64,000 nt of DNA from Ginglymostoma cirratum (Eukaryota): the NCBI GenBank assembly GCA_024137785.1, contig JAHRHZ010000024.1, positions 31,315,572 through 31,379,571 on the forward strand, read 5' to 3'. This document shows positions 1 through 11,644 of this stretch, piece by piece (the stretch's first letter is position 1; each line of letters starts with the position of its first letter). Under the pieces are notes generated by a model. It was given only the letters and a program-made list of their open reading frames with translations. It had not been told where the DNA came from and made no database searches. The translations under genes and the position numbers were made by a program.

Positions 1-146
1 CATCAGAAAAATCTTTTTTCTGATGAAGGGTTTAGGCCCGAAACGTCAAGTTTTCCTGCTCCTATGATGCTGCTTGACCTGCTGTGTTCATCCAGCCCCA
101 TGCTTGTTATCTCGGATTCTCCAGCATCTGCAGTACCTTTTATCTC
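1..146 (+). mobile_element. Penelope-like terminal repeat, family A, with hammerhead-like core
   Basis: CTGATGA-AGGGTTTAGGCCC-GAAACGTC at 20-47. Positions 1-25 (catcagaaaa...ttttctgatg) form a fold-back centre. A 125/126 identical copy lies at 61223-61348. Confidence 0.7.
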
Positions 147-223
147 ATTAACAACGCTGATGCTGAGGGAACCAGGGTGAGACTAAGACGAAGGTAAGCA
201 GGCATAAGAGACCTGATAACAGC

Positions 224-331
224 CAGAGATAGCAAGAACTGCACATGCTGGAGTCAAAGACAACATAGTGTGGAGCTGGAGAAACACAGGCCAGGCAGTG
301 TCAGAGGAGCAGGAATGTTGACATTTCGGGA
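224..331 (-). mobile_element. Penelope-like terminal repeat, family A fragment
   Basis: gagatagcaagaactgcacatgctggag...ttgacatttcggg is the reverse complement of the family A end. Confidence 0.65.
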
Positions 332-856
332 TGATCTGTGTGTGAATATCCACGTGCATTAATACAAAGTCGGTCAGAACTATGAGTCAGTTGTGACACA
401 GATTTTCCTGGTTTTGAGAGAGTGATTGCTTTACACCTTTAAAATGTTATCATCTTTTGCAATTAATTGTTAATTATTTTGCTCCCTTTTCAATGATTAA
501 CCACCGGTTTAGTTTCCTAGCCAGGGCATCAGTCTGGATTTGGGCAGAATTGCTTGGGAAGTTGTGCTTCTATCACTCAATGCTCAGTTTTCAAGGGATA
601 TTCCATTTATTCTGGAGGTGAAGGGGCTAAACTATGTTGAAGACTCCTGAAATTCTCATCTAATTTTCTGCTTTTTAGAGGTTTTGTTCCTCCCAGAGGA
701 TAGCCAGGAGGCAGGCTTAATGTTTTGTGTTGCTTCACAGGAAGTATGACCAAAGTGAGCATGAACAGTGATTAATACCCTGCATGGGGAAAGAAAGTAA
801 TTGTTTGAGAATGCTCATCTGGCCCCTGAGTTGAGATACCTCCGTGCTCCCTCCCA

Positions 857-1160
857 TGAAAACCGAAAGAACTGCAGATACTGGAAATTAGAAACAAAAA
901 CAGGAATTGCTGGGAAAGCTCAGCAAGCTTGACAGCATCTGTGGAGAGAAATCAGAGTTAATGTTTTGGGTCCAGTGACCCTTCTTCAGAACTGATGGTA
1001 GCTAAGAAATGTTGGTTTTTATGCAGAAGATAGGGTGGTGGGGGGCGCTAATGAGTAAGTGATAGGTGGATATAGAACTCAGAGAGGGAAGAACAGTAGG
1101 ATAGACAAAGGAGTGGGTACTGATCAGCGTAGGAGAACGAATAGCTACTAATGGGGACAA
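857..1160 (-). mobile_element. Penelope-like terminal repeat, family B, with upstream purine/pyrimidine-biased segment
   Basis: tgaaaaccgaaagaactgcagat...gagttaatgttttgggtccagtgacccttcttcagaact; homologous to 59285-59416 and 36952-37049. Confidence 0.65.
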
Positions 1161-2241
1161 TGCGATTCCTTCCGTTGTCAGTCCAGAACTTCAACCCTCT
1201 TTCCCACCATTGCCCTAGACATGCGCAAAAGCTCCTGCAGGGAACATGATATTTGGTGTGGTGTCATCTTTAAAAATTACCATTTAATTTTGTTCGTTTG
1301 GCTGCACAGTCTGTTGTCACCATGAATCTTGTCTTCTCAAGTCTTGCGGCTTTCACTAAAACTGTTTCTAAGCCTTTTCATTCTCCACTGTTTGGCTGCT
1401 GGGCATGTACAATTCATGAGTGCTTTATCTGAGTGTAACTTAATGGATACTAATGTTTTTGACACATTTTGATGAACCGCTGCAATCTGGTTGTTTTAGC
1501 AGAGGTTTTTATTGACAGTCTAAGTGATCTTGGTCTCTTTAATTCCATAAAGCAATGATGCCAACTGGCTGTTGGTCTGCATTCTTTGCTGGACTTGGGC
1601 TTTGATTTGGCCCACAACGGTGAGTATAGGAACAATGTATTCCTGGTGATAGTGAAACTATTCTGAATTTTTGAAAGCCCATTCTGACAAAATGCTGTTA
1701 TGATCAGACCAGTGACTGGATGCTGTTTTCTATGCATTCGATCTTGAATAACTTTTTTTCAGCATTCCTGTGGCTGGGAATCTGTTTTTCTGTGCACATA
1801 GACAACATTCGTGCACACCAGGGATTTCCAAATCCAGAAATTAATTCTGGGAACAGTGTGGCCCACCGATTTGCATATGCGGACCCTCAGAGCGGTTGTG
1901 CAGCCGCACACCATAGGGAACACAGATTGGAAAGCCATCCTTGACTTTCCTAGCTGATGATATTGCAGTGAGTCAGGAAAATGACAGGTCGTTCGTTTCC
2001 TCTTTCACTGCCAAACCCACACTCCACTTCCTATTTCAGGGTGTGTGCAGTCAAAGCTGCAGGATAGTCGTTTGCAGCCAAGCATATCAGGTTTGACTTG
2101 GTTATGTTTTGGGAACATGTGTATGGTTTACTTATACTGGTTGTGATTACAATAGTAGCACTCCAGGCTAATTTGCTATATGTCATTGGAAAGCTACACA
2201 TATCTGTGTAGCTGCTGCTTGTGGTCCTTATGTTTTGCCTT

Positions 2242-2625
2242 AGACCATAAGACTTAGGAGCTGAAATTAGGCCATTTGGCCCATCGAGTCTGCTCCGCTA
2301 TTCAATCATGGCTGATAAGTTCCTCAACCCCATTCTCCTGCTTTCTCCCCATAACCCTTGATAATCAAGAACTTGTCTATCTTAGTCTTAAATATACTTA
2401 ATGACCTGGCCTCCACAGTCTTCTGTGGCAGTGAATTCCATAGATTCACCACTCCCTGGCTGAAGAAGTTTCTCCTTATCTCTGTTCCAAAAGGTCTTCC
2501 CTTTAGTCTAAGGCTCTGCCCTCGGGTCCTAGACTCTCCTACCAATGGAAGCATCTTCCCAACATCCATTTTGTCCAGGCCATTCAGTATTCTAAAAGTT
2601 TCAATTAGATCCCCCCCTCATCCAT
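2242..2625 (-). mobile_element. CR1/HER1 LINE 3' end
   Basis: ORF 2324..2569 gives TRGQSLRLKGRPFGTEIRRNFFSQGVVNLWNSLP, the CR1 ORF2 C-terminus; a short-repeat tail is at 2242. Confidence 0.9.
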
Positions 2626-2924
2626 TAACATATAACAGAAGAAACTAAAACACCATGGCATCTTTGATCGTCACTCCTAGAAATATCTTAAAAGAATTTC
2701 ATAGCGAATGAACAATGATATGGAATTCTCACAGCGGCCTCTTGAACTGTGAAATTTGTGAAAGTGTAAATTAGTTAGGAACAAGTAATTAATGTTAATT
2801 AAATTTAGAATTCTTCTAAACAGTTTGCATCTGGAGTTAACATTTAAAGTTGTACCGTATTTGGGTTTATTTACAGTTCTGTCACTGAATAACAGTGCCA
2901 TGAGTATGAGTACAAGGCTGGTCA

Positions 2925-3842
2925 CTCCTCAGCCTCTGACGCTCCAGGGAAAATAGCCCCAGTATATTCAGCCTCTCCCTAGAGCTCAAACCCTCCGACC
3001 CTAGCTACCTCCTTGTAAATCTTTTCTGAACATTTTGAAGTTTCACAACACCCTTCCTATTGCAGGGAGACCAAAATTCCAATACTGACCTAACCAATGT
3101 CTTGTACAGCCACAACAGGACCTGCCAACTCCGATACTCAATGCACTGACCAATAAAGGTGAGCATACCAAATGCCGCCTTCATTATCCTGTCTACCTGT
3201 GACTCCACTTTCAAGGAACAATGAGCCTGCACTCCAAGGTTTATTAGTTCAGCAACATTCCCCAGGACCTTGCCATTAAGTGTACAAATCCTGCCCTGAT
3301 TCGCCTTTGCAAAATGCAACACCTCTCATTTATCCAAATTAAACTCCATCTGCCGCTCCTTGGCCATTGGTCCATCTAATCAAGATCCCATTGTGCTGAG
3401 GTAATCTTCTTAGCTGTCCACTACTCTTCCAACTTTGGTGCCGTCTGCAAACTTACTAAGCATACCTCTTATGTTTACATCCAAATCATTTATATAAATG
3501 ATGAAAAGCAGTGGACCTAGCACTGATCCTTGTGGCACACTGTTGGTCACAGGCCTCCACTTTGAAAAGCAACCCTCTATCACCACCCTCTTGCCTTTTA
3601 CCTTCAATTCTGTATCCACCTATTCCGTGTGATCTAACCTTGCTAACCAGTCTACCATAAGGAATCGTGTCAAAAGCCTTACTGCATTCTATTGTCCACT
3701 GCTCTGCTCTCATCAATCCTCTTCATCACTTCTTCAGAAAACTCAATCAAGTTATTGAGACATGATTTTCCACCACAAAGCCATGTTGACTATCCCTAGT
3801 CAGTCCTAGCCTTTCCAAATCCATGTAAATCTTGTATCTCTT
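2925..3842 (-). mobile_element. CR1/HER1 LINE RT fragment
   Basis: [41 protein letters not shown] and LYKTLVR are spread over frameshifted ORFs. Confidence 0.92.
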
Positions 3843-4324
3843 TTCTCCCCACACTTGAATGGCTCCCTTGTGTTATTGCCAGTTTTCTCATTCTCTATAC
3901 AGCCCCCCTCTCATACACACAGGGAGCAAGGATCTCAAATCTGTTGGACAAGCTCAAGGGCTGAGGCTCCTTTGGCAGTACCTCTGGATCCCTTTACCTG
4001 TCTCACTGGTAGTCACACTCTCCTGTTCCTGACCACTGACTGAATTGTTGACCCCCCTGAAGCTAAATGAAGCAAAGTAGGACAGACCAACTGAGCACAG
4101 GTAAAAATCACAACGAACCGTCCATAACCTGGCAGCTTGTCAGACCAAGGTAAGCATTGTGTTCATGAAGTTTGGTGTTAAACTTTACTTTTTGTACTGT
4201 GGCTCTCAGTTTCTTGTGAATATGTGTTGATTAGTTGCAGCATTGTGCTCGTGGAACACTTGGCTGCTCTTGGCGTAAATTTGGATTGGATCGTTTGCTT
4301 GACATGAGTGTTAAAGTCAGCTGA

Positions 4325-4510
4325 AACAAAAGCAAATTGTTGTAGATACTGGAAATAAAACAGAAAATATTGGACAAACTCATCAAGTCAGGCGGTATCT
4401 GCTGAAAGAGAAACAAAGTTAACATTTTCAGGTTGATGATAAATTAAATTAGGCCAAAATATTAATGTCCTTTTTCCACAGATGTCTACAAGACCACCTG
4501 ATTATTTCCA
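4325..4510. mobile_element. Old fold-back Penelope-like terminal repeat
   Basis: Degenerate family-B-like arms in opposite orientation (aaacagaaaatattggacaaactca... / ...attatttccaacatttctatttt). Confidence 0.5.
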
Positions 4511-4820
4511 ACATTTCTATTTTGATTTAAGTTTAAGTACTGCTGAAGACGTGTGACAATAAATGTTTTTTATCGTAATTTTTTGTTTTGAAACAAAAAA
4601 AATGACAAAGTTTTTGTTGCATTTAGTGAGTTATGACATAAGGAATAACTTTCACATAAACTGATTTCTTAACTGGGAAATGGAAATGCACAGTAACACT
4701 GCTGTGTGTGTGTTTTGTTCAAATCATTCCCTTGTGTAGTTGAAATTGATTTTGAGCTTTTTGTAATTCTGGTGTAATTTTAACAAGATAATGATTGGAA
4801 CATTTTTCTCCATTTTTCAG

Positions 4821-5075
4821 TTGGAAGATGGCCATAGTCTGTTTGATTACAACGTGGGACTGAATGATATCATTCAGCTTTTGATTCGCCAGCCTACTTC
4901 GTCTACAGTGAAGAAAAAAGAGAATGAGGTTGAGCTCTCAGACAGTGACTCAGGATGTAGCTCATCACAGAGTGAATGTGACAAAACCTCTTCTAGTGAA
5001 GAAACTAGCAAGAAAAATCGTCCAGGGACATCAACACGATCATTTCTCATAGATCCAGGCTTTGGGTTGTACAAG
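4821..5075 (+). CDS. UHRF2: UHRF2-like E3 ligase, internal coding exon (C-terminal UBL domain + linker), phase 0/0
   Basis: Acceptor ctccatttttcag| precedes 85 open codons, LEDGHSLFDYNVGLNDIIQLLIR...LIDPGFGLYK. This matches the UHRF UBL end (LFDYxVGLNDIIQLL) and the UHRF2-type LIDPGFGxYK. The exon ends at AAG|GCAAGT. Confidence 0.9.
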
Positions 5076-6675
5076 GCAAGTTACTGTTTAACATGCAAAT
5101 AATTTAACCTCAAATTTAAACACTTCAAGTATGATTCAGGGATTGGGTGCATTGCACAATTAAACAATGGTAAGTTAACTAATACTTGTTGAGGACGATC
5201 AGAACGACTGCCAAAATCTTCTGTCCTTTTAACCGCAGCACTTTTTTCAAGCTAATTGGAAATGGATGTATGTTTCCAAGGCAGGAGAAGGGACGCTACT
5301 GTTAAAGGTGGCAGTCATGTCCATCCATGCACGTACAATTGCATCCATGACATTGCGCTATTAGTGGGAAAGAAAAAGAGCTGCTTTTTTAAAACACAAC
5401 CTTCTAGGTCTGTTAAGATGGTGAAGATAAAATGCAGACATCATGACATTTCTAGCATGTTTTTGCATTTTACTGAGGAAGCTTTGGCTTAATTTTGATT
5501 TCACCCTTCTGACTGAAGCAAGCTGAAGGAACTCTTCCATCATGCCCCTGTTTTTGCAATGTAGTTGCATCTAGACTAAAGAAAATATTTTCAGTCAATC
5601 TATGGGATCACCCCAAACTGGCAAATGTTAGTAAACCATTTTCTGTTTCACTGGCACAGTACTAAGTGTCGCTCCAGTTTTGCACTTGTGGTTTCAGTGC
5701 TGCACTTAGTGATGGCGTTGGTCACAAATGCAACTAGATAGAGATACGCTAAGGTTATTTGATATATCTTGTGGGAAATGGGAAGAAGGTCAAGAGTGGT
5801 GCAAGCTTTTTGATTTTGTGGATAGCGTATCATGCTAACCCTTGACTGAAAGGGTGGTGTCACATTTTCCCAGCACTGAATCCTTCACCTTGACCTTTTA
5901 GAGATTGCAAATGGGTTCACTGATGCATGTACCACTGATAAATGCCATAGTTTATGAATTGTAAGATGGGAGTTGGTTTTAAACTAAAACTTGGGCTGAC
6001 ATTCAAGAATGTGTTACTCATATCCTGCCATGAATTTTTCCCCATTGGATGCATGACACGAAAATGAAGCTGCAGCCACAGCTACAGAATTATAATTTGT
6101 AACTTAATTTTTTACCTTCATCTACCTTGAAATTTAAGATGTTGATTTGTTAATAATCAATCTTGGCTGGAAGGAAGAGGTGCTATGCCATGCAAAGATC
6201 TTGTAGGGGAGGAAAATATGTTAATGGTTCAAATCATTTTTTTATTCAAGAATTAGGGATGCCATAGAATTTTCTAATGTCTGAGCTATCTTTGTCAAGG
6301 GAGAAGGCACAAAGTTGGTGGGGTGTTTATTGTTTGTTTTGGCCCCTGCATTTCCAGATATACTGCCAAAAATGCAGTATCTAAACCCTTGAATGTAAGA
6401 TGTTAACTTGCCAGAGATTTATTAATGATTATTTTCTCCCCTCTCCTTTTGAAACTCCAGCTTTTGCTTGGCTCTAGCTGCACTTGGACTAGGCACCCAA
6501 TGCTACTTTCTCTCAAAATGACAATTCTCCACTGTTGTTTTGGATTAATGACTTGGCAGGCAATTGGAGGAATTGCAGTTGATTGGGCTTCACATACGCT
6601 TCCTATCAGGGACAATGAGAACCCCTCACTCCCCAGAATATCCCAGGACCATATAGTAGGTCACTGGACTAGAGA

Positions 6676-7030
6676 GGGGAGGTGATGGCTTAGTGGTATT
6701 ATCACTGGACTGTTAATCCAGAGACGCAGATAATGTCCAAGGGACCTGGGTTTGAATCCTGCCATGGCAGATGGTGGAATTTGAATTCAGTAAATATCTG
6801 GAATTAAGAGTCTAAGGCTGACCAGGAATCCATTGTCGATTGTTGGAAAAAACCCATCTGGTTCCCTAATGTCCTTTTAGGGAAGGAAATTGTCATCCTT
6901 GCCTGGTCTGACCTACATGTGACTCCAGACCCACGGCAATGCAGTTGACTCTTAACTGTCCTCTGGGCAATTAGGGATGGGTAATAAATGCTGCCTAGCC
7001 AGCGACGCCCTCATCCCTTAAATAAATAAA
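6676..7030 (+). mobile_element. tRNA-headed SINE (here 'family S'), full length; shares head and tail with the LINE at 49253
   Basis: A-box TGGCTTAGTGG at 6686-6696 and B-box GGTTTGAATCC at 6749-6759. Tail gggcaattagggatgggtaataaatgctgcctagccagcgacgccctcatccc(taaa)n. Confidence 0.88.
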
Positions 7031-7514
7031 GGAAAAAAATGGCTTTAGCTGAAGGCGAGTATGGCACAGAGGTCTGTATGATGCGATGGCGTCACGGGAA
7101 CCACAGCACGTGGCAAGAATCCATTCAGAAATAGCAGTTCCTATATTTAACAGTTTGACTGCTCTATAGTTGTCACACTCCAACTTTGGGTAGAGACTGA
7201 GGCGTGCAGATTTGTGATTGGAGTGGGGAAGGAGTCTCATTTAAGATGTCATGCTACCTACCTTGGGTGTTGAAAATTACAGGCATTAGACAAGATGAAA
7301 TAGAAAAAACTTGGCAAAAGTATGATGGAAATACTTCTGCATCAAGTAAGTTTTTGACAGTAAGGAATGCGTGCCAATTCAAGTTTCGTTTAATTTGTTC
7401 ATGGGATGTGGGTGTTTTTGGCTAGACCAGTACTTACTGCCCATCGCAAATTACTTTAAGAACATGGAGAACTGCCTTTTTGAGCTGTTGCACTCCTTGG
7501 GGTGTTGGAGTAGA

Positions 7515-7545
7515 GTGTGTGTGTGTGTGTGAGAGAGAGATAGAT
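7515..7545. repeat. (TG)n(GA)n microsatellite
   Basis: Direct reading of the sequence. Confidence 0.9.
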
Positions 7546-9024
7546 GGATGATTGGATTACAGCATAATTCGGTTTTCATTTTAGGATAATGCATTCAGTG
7601 CTTATTTTAAAACTTCCAATTCAAAAGTGGAAATAAAAACTATTGAAGTTTTCTATGGGAATCATTCATGTTAATAACACTGTCTTTATAATGTAACATG
7701 CTTACATGAACTGCTTCCATTAGAAATGTGGATATAAGGATTAATAATGGAATAAGTTGACACGGTATTGTTTGCAAATGTTATATACCACTGTTGGATG
7801 GGCATTTCAGCCCAGGAAGTAATTGTATTAACGAAGGAAAAGGGAAATAATTGGTTCCAAGTGAGGTGTTGGGGGTGGGGGTGAGGTAAGAGAAGAGGAA
7901 GGGAGGGAATGGAAATAACTAAGAGGGTAGCACACAGAAGATCAGAGACAGGAAGACAGTCAGGATGGGCAGAAGAGTTTCTCTGTTACCCACTTGGCAG
8001 TTTCAATTTTTTTTTGTAGAAGGGTCAGTTTGAGTAGAAAATTGCATAGAAGGTGGTGAGAAGAGGACTGCTATACTGGAATTAGATTGGCTTCTTGATT
8101 GGAGGCAGGTAGCATAAACATTAGTGTGAGGTTTGGATGTGGTTATGATAGCCAGCAAGCAGAGAAAACAGTACATTTAGACTGGCCTAATACGAGGGCA
8201 ACACCATCTCCAAATCAAGTTTTAAAGAACCCAAAACTTGACACTAATGATTTTTAAGCAGTTATGTGTGTGTGCAATTCTCTGTGATGAAATATGTGAA
8301 TGTGTTTTGAGCCTAGTTGTGATGTTTATCATCTAATCTGGCCTGTCAAATAATTCACAGCCAGAAGCAGGCTTTTTAACCCAATAAGAGCATGCCAGTA
8401 TTTGTGCTTCTGGGGGGCCCCCCCCCCCACCTGACCCTATGAACACATCATCTTGTATCTTTCATGCGAATGAGCTTCCCTATGAATGCTCTTATCCCAT
8501 TTATTTCAGTGACTTCCAATGGGGGTGATGCCTCTGACATTTCTTCTGATTTCCCTGTTAGATTATGAGCGAGTGCCTGATATTTAATTTTCCTGGTTCT
8601 GGTCTCACCCACATTTTATCTTTCTACCCTCTCAAATCCTTTCATTGCTTTGAAGGCCTCTCAGGTTACATCTCAGTTTTCCTTTTGGCAAAGAAAAATG
8701 TCAGTGATAGCGGTCTACAGCACAGAAAATGGTCCTTCAATCCATTGAGTCAGTTCCAATCAAAAACAACCACCTAGCTATTCTAATCCCATTTTCTAGC
8801 ACTTGGCCCATAGCCATATGTGCCTTGGCAATGCAAATGCATATCCAAATACTTCTTAAATGCTATGAGGGTTTCTGCCTCTACCACCATTACAGGCAGC
8901 GAGTTCCAGATTTCTGCCACCCTCAGGGGACTGGTTCTTCTTGTTCCCTTCACACCTCTTGCCCTTTATCTTAAGCCTGTGCCCCCAGTAATGTTTGTTC
9001 TACCTAAGCCCCTCATAATTTCTT

Positions 9025-9345
9025 TTTAGCTTTATTGTTAAGTACTCAAATGAGTACAGTGAAAAGATTATAAGTTCCCACTTACAGTGCCATCTTAAGT
9101 ACAAAGATACCTAGATGCAGCTTCTTCAGTTACAAGATCTTAGAAAAACAGAGAAATAAAAAGTTCAGCATTGCAGAAATAAATGTTCAGAACAACTTTC
9201 AACCCAGGCCATGCTCGCACCTAGCCTCCACTCCACTCCAGATAGAGCACCAGATCATTCCAGGCTTCACCTCCAAGGTTCATGAGGCTTGGAGATCGAT
9301 CTGGAACCACATTGAGACTGGGAGTCCACTGACTATTAAGCAATT
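9025..9345 (-). mobile_element. Non-autonomous element with a ttttcactgtac...acaataaa tail
   Basis: The reverse complement of tttattgttaagtactcaaatgagtacagtgaaaag resembles the tails near 18915-18955 and 32535-32592. Confidence 0.45.
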
Positions 9346-9349
9346 CCCA

Positions 9350-9580
9350 GTACTCCCTACCTGCATTCACCTATCACCATCCCACCTACCTTCCCCAGCC
9401 CCACTCCTCTTCTGTCTCTGTTTATTTACCAGCTGCCTTCCCCCTCCCCATTTCTGAAGAAGGGTCCTGACATGAAACTTCAACTTTCCTGCTCCTCTGA
9501 TGCTGCCTGGCCTGCTGTGTTCCTCCAGCTCCACACTTCGTTGTCTCTGACTCCAGCATCTGCAGTTCTTGCTATCTCTC
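9350..9580 (+). mobile_element. Penelope-like terminal repeat, family A (long form)
   Basis: Pyrimidine-rich leader, then cccatttctgaagaagggtcctgacatgaaac...gcagttcttgctatctct. An inverted homologue lies at 60017-60300. Confidence 0.7.
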
Positions 9581-11644
9581 CAGTCTATCCAATCTCTCTT
9601 CATAAGTAAAATTCTCCGGACCAGTGAAAATCCTGGCATATCTCTTATGTACCCTCTCCAGTGCAATCACGTCTCTCCAACAATGTAGATTCTAGAACTG
9701 CACATAGTACTCTACTCTAGCTGGTGCCTAACCAATGTTAGTTAAGGTTCCAACATAACATCCCTCCTCTTAAACTCTGTTCCTTGACCAATTAAGGCAA
9801 GTATCCCATGTGCTTTTTTAACCACTTTATCCAACTGCCTGGATGCCTTAAGGCACCATTGGACCTGCACATCAAGGTCCCTCCAATCCTTGTTGCTTCC
9901 CAGGATCCTACCATTCAATCATTTGCAGGATCCAATCATTTACGATTGGTCAAGACAAACAAGGCATCATCTCACATTTACCTAGATTGAATTTCATTTG
10001 CCATTGATCAGCCCATCTGACTAACACATCTATATCCTCTTGTAATCTAAGGCTATCCTCACAATTTATCTCCCCGACCCCACCAGTTTTCATATCATCT
10101 GCAAACTTACTGATCAACCTTCCTTCATTCAAGCCTAAATCATTTATATATACCATAAATAGCAATGGCCCCAACACTGATCTCTTTGGGACCCTCCTGA
10201 ACACAGGCTTCAAGTTTCAAAGTCACCACTTGACCACTACCTTGTGCGCCTTGAACCAATTCTGTATCCAATTAGGCAAATTTCCTGGGATCCCATGGGC
10301 TCTTACATTTGCAAAGAACAAGTTTGGTTTTTCAGTTAATCTCTCAGTTCATCTAGTAAACTTTTCTTATGTCTACTTCACTAGTGTCCATGTATATCTT
10401 TATGATGTGGAATCCAGAACTATTCACAGTACTCTTAAGTGTGCTTTAACCAAGATTCTGTGCACACCTTCACTGTTATTAAATTCTTCCTTCTAGAAAT
10501 GAACCCCAGTGATTTCTTTGTTTTTTAAATGATCTCTTTATTAATCTACAGTGCTATGTGGAGTGTCAGTGTGTCCTGATATACGAATATGTTCAGCCTG
10601 ACTCCCTACTGCCACAATTAACTTAGGGTCTTAAGCACTCCCTCTGGGACAAGAGGATTCAGGACAGCAAGTAAAAGCTAGCAAGGTTTGACATTGGACA
10701 TTTCTACATTGAGTGTCCTTAAAATGTAGAATGGACATTCAATGAGTGGAAGTTAAACCCCTGGGATTGTTAAGAAACTGTTGGACACTAGAGCAACAGG
10801 ACTTAGTTTCTGCTTGAGCTAAGATGACTCAGTGGCAGTTTCTGAAAAAGTTTTTTTTTGAACGTTAAGTTGTTTGGATGAGGAGATGTGCAAAATGAAG
10901 CTGCATTGTTTTGTTAATTGGAAATTCATTTTGGTTTGCAATTTCTTTCACTGTGTTTCCTGATTTTGAGCCTAGGGAAACCTCATGAAATAGGTAGTAT
11001 GACCATGTTGACAACCTCAGTATTATTTCTCTACCTTGCCTTCACGGGTGTGGCCACTGTTAAGTGCATCATCATCAATAGCAAGGAAATCTAGGGATGG
11101 ACCATCAGGGCCTGGCAAACTGCACATTTCCCTGCCTTCTAACATCACTGATTCTGCCAGACTTTAGGTGCTGATTGTGAAACTTCTCCATTCCACTAGC
11201 ATTTGTGCCCTTCCCTTTTTGGCTAAAATCTAGCGTTAGGCCTACAGACTGCCCAAGCCTTTCATGGTTTCATAAGCCTCTTGTCTTTTTTTTCCATTCT
11301 TTGTTTATGTTCCCTGTCCCTAATCTATTTTTGCCACCACTCACCACCACCACCTCCAACTTGAGTTGGAATTCAGTCTAGACCGAGGTCATAAAACATT
11401 ATACTCAGTGCTGGTCAATAAAGGAGTACATCAATATAGTAGAGTCTGTCCTGTCCATTGTGGTTACTAGCACACCACATGTTTAAGTTAAACATACCAG
11501 TGGAAATATTTATGTAAAAAAAATTGATCCTCAAGGCAGTTTTGATTGGCTTTTATCAAGTAGTGGATTTGGACTTTGGCAAAACTGGAATGACTCCACT
11601 GGGCATCCCACAATTTCATAATGCGACTGCTTTGGCAAGATGAG

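Larger units (their letters stand above)
8715..10310 (-). mobile_element. CR1/HER1 LINE 3' part, interrupted by two insertions
   Basis: ORF 9950..10213 gives [15 protein letters not shown]...FADDMK...WADQWQMKFN; the 3' UTR is near 8715-8900. Confidence 0.85.

Noticed and set aside
2192-2213. Perfect short hairpin agctacaca-tatc-tgtgtagct
   Set aside because: A single 9-bp stem is expected by chance in 64 kb and has no supporting context.
4791-5102. Single-exon 103-aa gene as given by the ORF track
   Set aside because: The N-terminal MIGTFFSIFQ is the intron's polypyrimidine tract and ASYCLTCK is intron read-through. The real unit is the exon 4821-5075.
6676-6770. Functional tRNA genes at the A/B-box sites
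   Set aside because: No clean cloverleaf, and each site continues into a SINE or LINE body.
6676-7030. Naming family S as SacSINE1/DeuSINE
   Set aside because: The Deu-like domain is in a different repeat (54540-55110). Family S lacks it, so I left it unnamed.
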